64,000 nt of DNA from Octopus sinensis (lineage: Eukaryota), in NCBI RefSeq assembly GCF_006345805.1, contig NC_043013.1:6510001-6574000 (forward strand), read 5' to 3'. Below the pieces are notes generated by a model. It searched no databases, was not told the origin of the DNA, and worked only from the letters and a program-made list of their open reading frames with translations. Shown one piece after another: positions 38,623 to 51,550 of the stretch. The translations under genes were made by a program, and so were the position numbers. Each line of letters starts with the position of its first letter. Positions within the stretch are counted from its first letter, which is position 1.

Positions 38623-38688
<66 letters not shown>

Positions 38689-38714
38689 AATAAAAACATG
38701 ATGCCAAGGATTCA

Positions 38715-38792
38715 GCGGTACATATGTTTCGGGCCTTTATTAGACGGATTTATAACAATGCATAATGTATGTCTGTGGCCTTCTTCAGCCGC
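38715..38792 (-). ncRNA. Type I hammerhead ribozyme motif
   Basis: gcgg CTGAAGA aggcc...ggccc GAAA c atat GTA ccgc; palindromic stem III and 4-bp stem I; A.C mismatch at the base of stem II. Confidence 0.55.
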
Positions 38793-39224
38793 GCACAACA
38801 ACTTCCACAAGGACATGTATTACATCAAAAATTCTTGGTTGGGGATGCAAATCCTCTCATTCGCGTACGACGTAATGCGGCAACAGCATAAAAATGAAGC
38901 GTCCATCTCGTTCTTCTCTCAATGTAGAATGAGGAAATTTGGATGTTAAAGTAATGTAAATAAATTAATAAATAAATATATACATATATAAATATATAAA
39001 TGCAGACAGACGTGAAGGAACCTGGTAATAAGAGTAAATAGAGATAAAGATGGAGGGGCGAGAATTCAGGACGAAGGATAAAAAATATATAAAAAGTGTA
39101 AGTATAGAAAAATATAAAAATGTAGAGTATAAAGATATAAAGAGATATAAAAAATATAAAAAAATATAAATGAATATTTATAAAGTTATAAAAATAAAAA
39201 TAGAAATAAAAATAATAAAAAATG

Positions 39225-41149
39225 GGTCAATATAGGGCGTAACAAATATCAGAAAATCAAAAAAAAAATGTGTGTAATAGGTGTAAAACAACTTCCTATG
39301 AACGAATATGAAAAAAAAAATTCGCGCACGCGAAAGGGGGGTGGGGGAGAGGCCTCGGAAAATCCACATCGGGAAGTTCCGAAAGCGTCTGAGGGGCTGA
39401 CCCGGGCACCAAAACAAAAAAAAAATAGTGTAATATGTGTAAAACAACTTGCTCTAAACGAATATGACAAAAAAAAATGCGCTCTCGAGAAAGAGGGGTG
39501 GGGGAGAGGCCTCGGAATATTTATATCGGGAATTTCCGAAAGCGTCTGAACCGGGCACAAAAACAAAAACAAAAACAGCGTAATAGGTGTAAAACAACTT
39601 GCTCTAAACGACTATCATGAAAAAAATGCGCGCTCGCGAAAGGGGGTGGGGGAGAGGCTTCGGAAATTTCACATCTTCAGTCCACGGCCTTTAAACTAAG
39701 AAAAATAGTGTAATTGGTGTAAAACTACTTGTTCTAAACGAGTATCAAGAACACACACTCACACATGAATCATAAACTCCGTATTTCGCAAAAAAAAAAA
39801 AAATAAAGAGAAGAAATTCTGGAAAAAGTGAAGAAATGTTGGATCTCATTCCTTGGTTAAAGCTATTTTAAACATTAAATTTATGCTTTTCTTTGAAATA
39901 GTTCAGATATATGCAATTCTTCTCACTTATTAAGATGCATTTATCAGAAAAAAAGAGACAGAAAAAATTATTATTTTGTGTCAATCCTTCCCTAATTATC
40001 CTTTATTAATTAGTTTTGGCGTGTATTTTTTCCTAAATTTATTTTTTCACCTTTACAACACTGTTTAGTAAAGCAATTAATTATCTTTATAATTTGCATA
40101 TTTGACTTATTAATCAAAATTCTCTAGATGTAATATATACTAAGTAATGCATCCTTCATTTATGTGTTCCGTTCTGTATTATGCATGCGTGACTGTTTGT
40201 ATGTAAGTGTGTTTAACTGTGCACATGAATGTGAATATTAAAGAACATATTTATTTACTATGATTGTTATTTTCAGAACAAATAAATCTTTTGGCTGTTA
40301 TGTTATTGATGTTATTATTATTGCTAGTTAAAGGGTGGTGACTTGGCTGAATATTTTGAGTCTTGTAGTATGTAGTTGTGTTAGTCAATATTCTGAGTTC
40401 AAATCCAACTCATTTCTTTATCATCATTATCGATGGACCACTCAAAGAGGTATGTATACATTATCATTTTCGTAACATAATTTCTGTAGTATTTCAAGAT
40501 GTTTCTGACACGTATTTTGATTCACATGGCGGAGATCCAACATTTCTTCACTTTTTCCAGAATTTCTTCTCTTTATTTTTTTTTTTTGCGAAATACGGAG
40601 TTTATGATTCATGTGTGAGTGTGTGTTCTTGATACTCGTTTAGAACAAGTAGTTTTACACCAATTACACTATTTTTTCTTAGTTTAAAGGCCGTGGACTG
40701 AAGATGTGAAATTTCCGAAGCCTCTCCCCCACCCCCTTTCGCGAGCGCGCATTTTTTCATGATAGTCGTTTAGAGCAAGTTGTTTTACACCTATTACGCT
40801 GTTTTTGTTTTTGTTTTTGTGCCCGGTTCAGACGCTTTCGGAAATTCCCGATATAAATATTCCGAGGCCTCTCCCCCACCCCTCTTTCTCGAGAGCGCAT
40901 TTTTTTTGTCATATTCGTTTAGAGCAAGTTGTTTTACACATATTACACTATTTTTTTTTTGTTTTGGTGCCCGGGTCAGCCCCTCAGACGCTTTCGGAAC
41001 TTCCCGATGTGGATTTTCCGAGGCCTCTCCCCCACCCCCCTTTCGCGTGCGCGAATTTTTTTTTCATATTCGTTCATAAGAAGTTGTTTTACACCTATTA
41101 CACACATTTTTTTTTGATTTTATGATATTTGTTACGCCCTATATTAACC
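39225..41149. mobile_element. Foldback-type non-autonomous DNA transposon: about 620-bp modular TIRs and an 8-bp TSD
   Basis: 39225-39847 is the near-perfect reverse complement of 40532-41149; AAAAAATG at both 39217-39224 and 41150-41157. Confidence 0.85.
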
Positions 41150-42406
41150 AAAAAATGTAAAAGAATATAATGATAAGGGATATATAGTAGTTACGGACCA
41201 AACATGGTGGTCAGGGAAGTGACAAATTCTGGTTGTATAAGTCTTGGGTGTCATAAATCAACAGGGGCGTCTGGGGACTTAGTGTATTGTAAATCAGAGT
41301 TGTTGAGCAGCTTATCTAGTTCCTCTAGTTGATTTATGACACCCAAGACTTATACAAGACTATATATATATATGTTTTACTTTTTTTTTTATTATTATTA
41401 TTTTATTATTTTATTTTATTTTATTTTATTTTATTTATTTATTTATTTATTATTGTTTTTTTGTAAATTATATAACTATCAAAAAGTATTAAAAGTTTAA
41501 TATAAGATAAATAGTAAAAACACTGCGATCGTTTCATGCCCGTAACCAATTCGAATAACAATAATTTAAATTCAATTAATAATTCGAATAATGGTTACAG
41601 TCAATCTTCAGGTTAATTGTAATATTTTAATAAGTAAACAGAAATATTTAAACAATATTTTTAAGAAATAAATAATATAATAATTTTACTTATAAAAAAC
41701 TCTATTATCAAACTAGAAACTTAACGATTATGATTAAATCAAAACATCAATTATAATGTTTTATTTACATAAAAAAACAATATTATTACACCTTAAGACA
41801 TATAAAATATTAAAATTCAAAGATCTTAAATATAAATATATATATACTTAGCTTAGCGAGGTTTTGTGATGAACTAAAATTTTGAATCGGAAAACGTCTT
41901 TACAGCGTTTATAAGAATACTCGTGGAATTACGTTATAAGCAAAAAAGAATGAATTGTTGAAGAATTCATTAAGCGTGAGTAACAAATACGCTTTATCAA
42001 TGAAGATTGTGAATGGGAACAGTTATGGTTTATCAATAAATGTAAATAGAATGAAGTTACAGATAAAGAATAGAATCACTCTATACTATAAGATTTATTA
42101 ATAAAATAACTATGATAAATAATACTTAATACAGAATAAATTAAATAATTAAAAACCACTAATAATTATATATGCTCTAAAAATCTTATATGATTAATAA
42201 ATATATAAAAAAAGTTTTTATAGTAACCCCTCAACGTAGTATAAATTCTTTCCCAATTACTCTTATAATTATAAGCTAAAACTAGTGATCATAACCATTA
42301 TCTCTAAAATACTTATCAAAATTTGAGGTATAACTATACATGCGTATGCATATATATATATAAATATACATACATATATGTATATATATATATATATAAT
42401 ATATAT

Positions 42407-42448
<42 letters not shown>

Positions 42449-43139
42449 TTATATATATATATATATACATATACATACATACACACATACACATACATAC
42501 ATGCACATACATACAATACGCAATACATACACATACATAAATATACACCCACCCACACACACACGCATAAATAAATGTATATACATATACATATATATAC
42601 ACGTACATATATACATACATACACACACATGAACACATATATCATATAAATAAATACGTAAATAAATGCCAATATTCATACTTCAATACAAACATAGAGG
42701 TAAACATTAAGTTTAATCTATATACTCAATCTTACTAATCTATACTTCTATATTAAATAAAATAGATTAAATAAACATCCCAAAAAAATCTATTTCAAAT
42801 ATAAAGAGATTACATACATATATATTAATTTAACAAAATTATAATTTAACAAAATGAGCTAATTAGGGCTAAGAAATATTCATTATTTATCTAGAAATTT
42901 ATTATATAAGTAAAGTAACTTGTGTCTGCATTTTATTTTGCGCTCATTCCAGGTATTCACTAAATTATCATGCTTTTAAAATAAAATTTCCTTAAACTCA
43001 TTTGAACATAAATAACAAAAATTCCCTCCTATACTATATGATTTAACCTTACTGATTATTTCCCATGTTAAATCATAATTAATATTTTGGGATTTAAGTC
43101 CCCAATGTACTTATTAAGTCCAGTTGAGTTAATTAGGTT

Positions 43140-43174
<35 letters not shown>

Positions 43175-43446
43175 TTAAAATTTATAAGTTTAAATCATTT
43201 AAATAATTTAAAAAATTTTAATTTTAATTTAAATATTTTAATTTGGAATTTTATATTTTATATTTTTTATATTTATATTTTATATTTTTTTAATTAATTT
43301 TTTCTATATATTGGCTTATGATTTTCACTGTTTGATTTGCCTAATAGTGGTTTTATCTCTAATTTAATATAATATATATTTATACTATAAAATTGTATTT
43401 AATCCTAAATCTAATTTTTCCCTGTAAGTTTGGATTTACTCCCTAA

Positions 43447-43500
<54 letters not shown>

Positions 43501-43517
43501 TATATATATTATATATA

Positions 43518-43561
<44 letters not shown>

Positions 43562-43766
43562 CTAGCTTAAGGTGACCGGCTCTACGCGCGAGTAAGAGTG
43601 TGGTTGTTACTTTCTGTTGCTTCCTTTCAGTACGTAAAAAGCACCATCCGAATGCGGCCGATGGCAGCGCCGCCTTGACTGGCTTCTGTGCCGGTGGCAC
43701 GTAAAAAGCGAACCACATATCGTGACGAAGAATTTTGTTGGATTTTACATCACGGAACAGTACATT

Positions 43767-43799
<33 letters not shown>

Positions 43800-44000
43800 C
43801 ATATATATACATACACATGTACATATATATATATATATATATAATATATATATATATATACACATATGTATATACATATATACATACACACACACATATA
43901 TATATATACACATATACATATATATATACATATATATATACATATATATATACATATATACACACATATATATTATATATATATATATATACATATATAT

Positions 44001-44053
<53 letters not shown>

Positions 44054-44463
44054 CACGCGTGTGTGTATGTTTGTTTCAATATCTATCTATCTATCTTTCT
44101 ATATACTTTCATTTGTGTCAGCCAGATGATGTGGCCTTGCTGGGGCATCCTCACTGGTATGACTGTTAGGTCGTTGTGTAATGCCATTTTATTTGTACGG
44201 TCTTCTCTCCATGTCTGGTTTTTCCTGAGTGAAGTTGAACAACGTCATCCGGTTTTGCTTTTCTAGCTGTCACGCAGAGTCAATCTCTATCTGTGAAAGG
44301 AATTTGACTCTTCCTATTATCCGCACCTACGTCTCGTAGATCTCTTGTGACAAAGTATTGAAGCAAAACCTACAAGTCCTTGAACCCTAAGCTGTTGCAG
44401 TATTGGTCCTTTCTCTCGACTAGATGATAGTTTGCTTTAACACCCAGATAAAGATTGGTATAT

Positions 44464-44506
<43 letters not shown>

Positions 44507-45104
44507 TATATATATATTTGAGGACATCCACTCGAAATCATAGAACATCCTGACCCCAAATAATAACATACATCCCCTCTCCATTCATGTTAAGTGCTTT
44601 GTGATTCCATTACTGTATTCTGTCCCTCATTGAAAACGTCCACCCCAACTGATAGAATCTCTCAATAGAGCGAAACTGAAATGTAAACCACAGAATTTAA
44701 AAGCATATTATGCCACCTGAGGAGTCTTATTTGCACTGTGCGTTGCATCTGGGTTTATTGCATCGTTCCACGTCCACTAGGGAGCAGTACATCATGAGAG
44801 ACGAAACAATTGTTGTGATAATAAATTGCTTTCTGCTACATTCCGTCTTCTCCATTTATTTTTACTATGTACCCTATGTGCACCCTAGAATTCCTGGAAG
44901 TTGATTCAACGATGGATGCAAAGTATCGCTGATGATACCTGGTAGCCATAAGTGATGAACGTCCTCTACGGACACACAACCTGGAACTTACCCTGCAACA
45001 AGGGTAATACTGCATTTAACACATACTTTCTAAACCTTAATACTTTAACTTTAATTTCGATTTACCATATATATATATAGCAATAATAATTCTCTAAACG
45101 AGAT

Positions 45105-45155
<51 letters not shown>

Positions 45156-45239
45156 GACGGGCTTCTTTCAGTTTCCGTCTACCAGATCCACTCGCAAGAC
45201 TTTGGTTGACCCGAGGTTATAGCAGAAGATACTGCATAG

Positions 45240-46100
45240 GCACGAGGCTGCTCAGTTTACATTCAAACTGTTTAAATGTATCAATAAGCTTCTAGGGAAA
45301 ACGGAAGTACATATTTTGGTTTTAACGTGAGTGTTATGCGTTTGGTGAATTGTTACATTTGAGAAATATTTACCGGAGCGTGTTAAATATAGTTTATTGT
45401 TCAGTCTTTAAATCATGAGAGTTCGAAATGTATGAGGTCGAAATAGATGCATTCTTACAGATAACATGAACCTGTTATTTGTAAGAGTGTTTATTTTTTG
45501 AGTAGAGGCGAAAGGCATAACTATGACTTATAACGGAATGTAGTATGAAATACTCTTCTTCCTTGAAATACTTGTATTTCCTGATCTGCTCAGGAAATTT
45601 ATGTATGAAGTGGAATACCATTGTTAATGTCATATATTTAACAATAAGATGAAAAATATGTTGGATGAATGAGAACAGTGGCCATTCATTTTCAGCTCAT
45701 CAACCGTTTTATTGTTAAAAGATTGTATGGAACGCGACGGTCTCAAGGAAAGAAAATAGAGCTATGCCGGTAAGTTTTGTTCATAGTAAAATGTGTGTTA
45801 AAAAAGAAGCAAATATTCTTGCGGAAGTGGTGAGCGTGTTGATAGTTCTTTATATAATTCAGCATTTTAGTATTTGTAACAATGGACACTCTGCCAAAAA
45901 TAAAAAAATAAATGCCAGCCGTTACGCGCCGCTGCTCGCATCGTTAAGCTCCTGATATTCAGACTGTCAAACTGTCTTTTTCCTTCAGATCTGGCCTTTT
46001 TCTGAATGCGCAGAACAAAGGTTTTTGATGCCCAAACACCATTTTTGACTCTTTCAAACAGGGTGGCAGAAATAAAGTACCACTTATTTGTATAAGTTCA
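45240..46100 (+). other. Possible spliced non-coding transcript or promoter-proximal exons
   Basis: Donor at 45327 (aac|gtgagt), acceptor at 45460 (ttcttacag|), donor at 45770 (ccg|gtaagt), acceptor at 45988 (tctttttccttcag|); no ORF. Confidence 0.3.
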
Positions 46101-47513
46101 ATGAGCGGTGCTACATAATTCGTATCGAAACTTAACATTCTTTTCGCTGCTCAGAAAACGCAACACTTCATTTATCAGCCAATCAGAAGCTATCCTTACA
46201 TCTGGCAACAATTTCTGCGACACAAATGGAATATTTTTTCAGTTGAATCCGTTTTGTGTCAAAGGTCAGTCGATGAAAACACAAGAGTACAAATTTTTGT
46301 TATAAATTTTTGCTCTTCTAGAGATCTTTTTTTTGGCCTATCTATCTCACCCTTGAAAGACTTAAAATGAATTTTCCGATTGAAAGCCATGGGGTTCGGT
46401 ATTCGAAACACCGTTTAGAGATGTTACATACGTTTTGTGGCTTGTGTGAAATTCAAAATGGCGATCTGTCCTTTAAAGCATCTTCACCAAATCTGCGATC
46501 AATCATGGATTTTGAGATTTTATAAGGACACAGACACCCCGGGGAGAAGTTATTGAGTAGCCGCCGTGATTGTTTAATTTAGCTTTTTGGCAGTTTCAAT
46601 AATAAGTAGCAGCTTAAAGTGTTTCTCGACGTTGCCAAAGAAATTGTCATATAACTTGTAAATATTTGACATCTTAGCATTTTAGCATTAAGAAAACCGA
46701 TGAAATCGGATTGTTCGCTAATAATAATTGACAATATGTTTCTTATGTGAGTGTACAGTTGATAAAAGACAAAAAAAAAGTGCGGAAAACCGTTAGGAGT
46801 CTAATACAAAATACATTCAATGGGCTTTCTCTCTCCGGAGAGATCATTAGTATAAAGTTATTCACAATGGAACCTTCCCTGTCTAATCTGCATAACAGTG
46901 CAAGCGCTGATGGAGTCAATTGTTTAAATTATTTAATAGAGTACGAGATCACGTCTTTTTCATATTTATGTTGGGTTGTGAGCTGATGGAATCGGTAGAG
47001 CATCGAACAAAATGCTATGGCGTATATGTTCTGGTTCTATACGTTTTAGTTTCAAATTCTACCGAAATCATGTCTCCCCTTCGTTCTTTCTGGATCGATA
47101 ACATAGCACCAGGGCCGATTGTAACCCGCTTCTCTTAAAATTCTCGCGTTGTGCCTAGATCAGATACCAGTATGTGCGTTTCTTTTATTTTTAAATATAA
47201 AACCGTATTAATCCGTTTTGCAAGTTGCAACACATTCGCATATTTTAGTTGACCGATAAGGAAAGTACCATTAAACTGTAGAACGGTTCAACTGTACTTT
47301 CGATGTTTTAGAGAAGAGAGCTGGTTATGTCTTCACAGCATTTTCACGAAACCAATCAGCAGGCTTTCATTTGGGTTATCAAATTGAGATAGTAACTATT
47401 TTGTCAATTGTCTAAATGCAACACGCATTAGTTTCTGCAGCGTCTACTCATGTAAGGTATTGCAACATTTTAGCTGGTTGCTCCTATTGGGAGCAAGTGT
47501 ACCCTCTCTCTCA

Positions 47514-47558
<45 letters not shown>

Positions 47559-47559
47559 A

Positions 47560-48240
47560 ATCTCAACAGTCATGATAGAGCTGCACAATATATTCACTGG
47601 GTAATTTGCAAAAGCCTGGATTTTCCCCATGAAAAAAAAAAACTGGTGGGAACACAAACCACATCCAGTGCTTGAAAATGATCACATCTCACTCCTCTGG
47701 AACCTCACCATTCAAACTGACAGAAAGATAGATGCGAATAGGCCAGACATCATATTAAAAGACTTCAGACAAAAATCATGCCTCCTCATTGATATGACTG
47801 TCCCAATCGATATAAACGTATCTGTCAACTGAGCAAATATAAAGATCTTGAAATAGAAATTAGCAAAATGTGGAACCTGAAGACTAAAACAATACCTGTT
47901 GCCATAGGTGCCCTGGGAATGATAGCAAAAGGAGCTGATTGCTACCTAGCTCAGATACCAGGAAATCCAAAAATGGCAGAAATTCAAAGGATAGTGCTCA
48001 TGGGAACTGTTCATATCCTACGCAAAATACTTTCTATGTAATCTCAAGTTTTAAAACAAGCATACTTTTCTTGTTTCTTTTTTAATCATTCACTAGTACA
48101 ACACTAAGTACAAAACCAAATATATGGCACCCTAGGCATAACACCAACATGAACTTCCAGCTTGTTGTCTCTTGAGGTCTCTGGATGAGACTCTGGATGA
48201 GCCAACTTGTACAAATGTAAAGCAAAAGTCAAACATAGAA
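47560..48240 (+). mobile_element. RLE-type (R4/Dong-like) LINE 3' end, family 1
   Basis: SHDRAAQYIHW, LWNLTIQTD..DANRPDIIL..LLIDMTVP, KYKDL, PVAIGALG. Confidence 0.85.
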
Positions 48241-48324
48241 GAGTAATAATATTAATAGCAACAACAACAACAACAACAATAATAATAATAATAACAATAA
48301 TAATGATAATGTCAATCTCCACAA

Positions 48325-49000
48325 GTAACTGCAGAATATGTGGAGATGACAAGAAACAATAAATCACATTATTTCTGGCTGCCCAGTCCTGGCTAAGAAA
48401 GAATATATTCACAGACATGACAGAGTTGGGACTTACATACATTGGAAGCTAAGTCAACATTATGGAATAACAACAGAAAAAAGATGGTATAGGCACACAC
48501 CAGAAAAGGTCACAGAAAACGAGAAAGCAACCATACTCTGGGATATGCCGATACACACAGATAGAGAAATTAAGGCCAATAAGCTAGCTATAGTTGTCAG
48601 AGACCATGAAGAAAAAAAATGCTTTCTAATTGATGTATCAATACCGGCAGATGACAACGTGTCTCTAAAAGAAATGGAGAAACTTTCAAAATACAAAGAC
48701 CTGGAAACAGAAGTAACTCGAATGTGGGATCTATAAACAGAAACAATTCCTATCATAGTAGGTGCATTAGGCATGATAAAAAGAAATATTCAGACAAATA
48801 CATAGCAAAAACACTAGGACTTACAAATATATATAACATACAGAAAATTGCACTACTGGGCACTGCACACATCCTATGCAAAACACTCTCAATACAGTAA
48901 CCATAAGAGCATCACAACAAACCGCAGCACATACCCAAGGCACACAGAGCTGCGCTCGGTAGTGAAGTGAAAGCACGCTATAAAAATAAAACTACTGAAT
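48325..49000 (+). mobile_element. RLE-type (R4/Dong-like) LINE 3' end, family 2
   Basis: CRICGDD zinc motif, RHDRV, LWDMPIHTDREIKANK, LIDVSIP, KYKDLE; ends in (AAT)n. Confidence 0.88.
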
Positions 49001-49626
49001 AATAATAATAGTAATATTTTTCCATTTTGTTGACTTTCAGTTCTTTTTACAAACAATTTGTAATCGCGTAAGTTGAGGGATGATATTGAAAGAAAATCTG
49101 GTACAAATGTACTTTTAAAAACAGATTACCTTTCTTTTCGTGCTGCGTATGTTAAATAGTAGCAATGTTAAGAAAATCAGCCCCAGAAAGTACATTTTGG
49201 TCGTTTAAAAACAAACACAGAAAGAAGCTCTTCTTGACAAGGAAATAAGACTTGCAAATGAACTTCTTGATATAATCCTAAACAATATACAAAAGGAAGA
49301 GTTTGAAAGTTGATTAACTGTTGAGAAAAAATTTTGAAGTAACTATAACAGTGTGGGAAATATATCGAGCCATTGTAAGTATCAATAAGTGATGAATGAA
49401 GTCTGTCTTCTCACTCGCTATGGCACGCATACAGCTTTTTTCACCTTTGTGTTCCTACGAGTAAGTTCTCTCAAAGAGGTCAACGTTTTAACTTTCGGTG
49501 GTACTAGTTGTAAAACCGCTTTTCAGAAAGCTGAAAGCTAAAAGAAAGATCCTGTGGCATAGTTTATGTAGAAGTCGTCAAATTGAGCTGAAATTTCGTC
49601 AATGCAACGGCCATATTCAATAATCT

Positions 49627-50090
49627 ATTGGGTTGTCCGGAAAGTTCGTGCCGATTTTTAAAGGAAAGAAAAAGGTCAATAAAAACTTGCCATTACATTT
49701 CTAATCAACCAAATATGAACCATTTTGTTGCACAATGCGTCTCCATCTTTCCTTTAACTTGAAAATACCCTCTTCCCAGAATTGAGTTGGTTTCCTGGCA
49801 AAGAATTCATCAAAGTATCCTTTTACGTCATCCAAGGAATTGAAATTTTTACCATTAAGACTATTTGGCAGAGACCTGGATAAGTGGAAATCCGAAGGAG
49901 CAATATCTGGTGAATATATACATATATACGACGGGCTTCTTTCAGTTTCCATCTGCCTAATCCACTCACAAGACTTTGGTCGACTGAGGCTATAGTAGAA
50001 GCTGCAGCAATTTTTGATTGGTTCCCAAAGCATCAAGTGCCGAAAATGAACTTTCTTATCTTCCATTCTAAAGGGTTACAGAATTAACAC
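49627..50090 (-). mobile_element. Internally deleted mariner with a SINE fragment spliced in
   Basis: TIR tattgggttgtccggaaagttc at 49627; YSPDIAPSDFHL...WEEGIFKLKERWRRIVQQNGSY; SINE segment at about 49920-50000. Confidence 0.82.
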
Positions 50091-50473
50091 AGGTTATAGG
50101 AACATAAACTTTCTTCCACAGATCATTGCAACGTTATTTAAAGGGAGCAATGTCAGGAAAGTTAGAAGGATAAAGCAATACTTCAGTATTTAGTTCCATA
50201 ACGTTTTCCTAAGTGACTTGGGCAATATATGACCTTGCATTGTCCTGTATATACGACCTTGTATTGTCGTGCCACATCTATTTACGATTCAGCGATGATG
50301 GGTATCTTTTCTTAAAAATTTTGAGCAATGGTTCTCGTTAACGACAATACTTCACAACATTGTTTCGTTTTGCGTTTAACACTTTATGATAGGCGACGCC
50401 CTTCATAACCTGTCAAACAGAGAGCATAATTTTTTTTTCGAAAGTAGTATATATACACATGTATATATACACA

Positions 50474-50554
<81 letters not shown>

Positions 50555-50568
50555 TATACATATATATA

Positions 50569-50628
<60 letters not shown>

Positions 50629-50656
50629 ATATATTATATATATATATATTATATAC

Positions 50657-50748
<92 letters not shown>

Positions 50749-50893
50749 CTGCCCGAAATGGTTTTCACGTCTGGTACTTGACTGAAGAAAGAAGGCCACG
50801 ATGCCCCATTTTTTTTACCTGTCCTTCTAATTGCTGTTTCTCTTGTCCGCCTTTGTATCGTCTACTTGTCCGAATGTTTTTATTGTTCCATTT

Positions 50894-50990
<97 letters not shown>

Positions 50991-50997
50991 ATATATG

Positions 50998-51030
<33 letters not shown>

Positions 51031-51184
51031 ATATAAAAGTCAAAATAAGGGTGAAAAAATTGGATATTAATTTAATAACACGAAGTGGTCTAGCGTTTAA
51101 AAGACTGGGATTCAGTAAATATTATTAATACAAAACTATGAGAGAGAATCCACTATGTGGATAGTGGATTCTCTCTCATACTTT

Positions 51185-51234
<50 letters not shown>

Positions 51235-51235
<1 letters not shown>

Positions 51236-51510
51236 CCTCAACAGGCCCTGCCTATTTAACATTGTCCCGAGGGAGATCAAAGAGGAAAAGGATCCCATCA
51301 ACTTCAAACAGAGTCTGGATAGATTCCTTCAAAGAATACCAGATAAGCCACCCATAATTGGATACAACTCACCCAACAAAAACTCACTACTTGAATGGAC
51401 CATAAACAAAACTTGACTTAAACAGGATTCGAATAATCCTATCAGGTGGTGCTATTAAGTTAGACATGGCCTGGACCAATCTCTGGTCGAAACATATCTA
51501 AGTTTTATCT
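51235..51510 (+). mobile_element. CR1/L2-group LINE 3' end
   Basis: GPAYLTL/FKQSLDRFLQRIPDKPP-like coding remnant; same 3' stem-loop as 23095-23150. Confidence 0.7.
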
Positions 51511-51517
51511 AAGTTTT

Positions 51518-51550
<33 letters not shown>

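Noticed and set aside
41500-43110. Very AT-rich segment as a mitochondrial insertion (NUMT)
   Set aside because: No recognisable mitochondrial gene or rRNA motif; its ends match the Penelope-type terminal repeat family seen at 9121-9440 and 53280-53650.
44480-45060. Degenerate RT-like remnant (…IADDTW…)
   Set aside because: Too decayed to assign or delimit with confidence.
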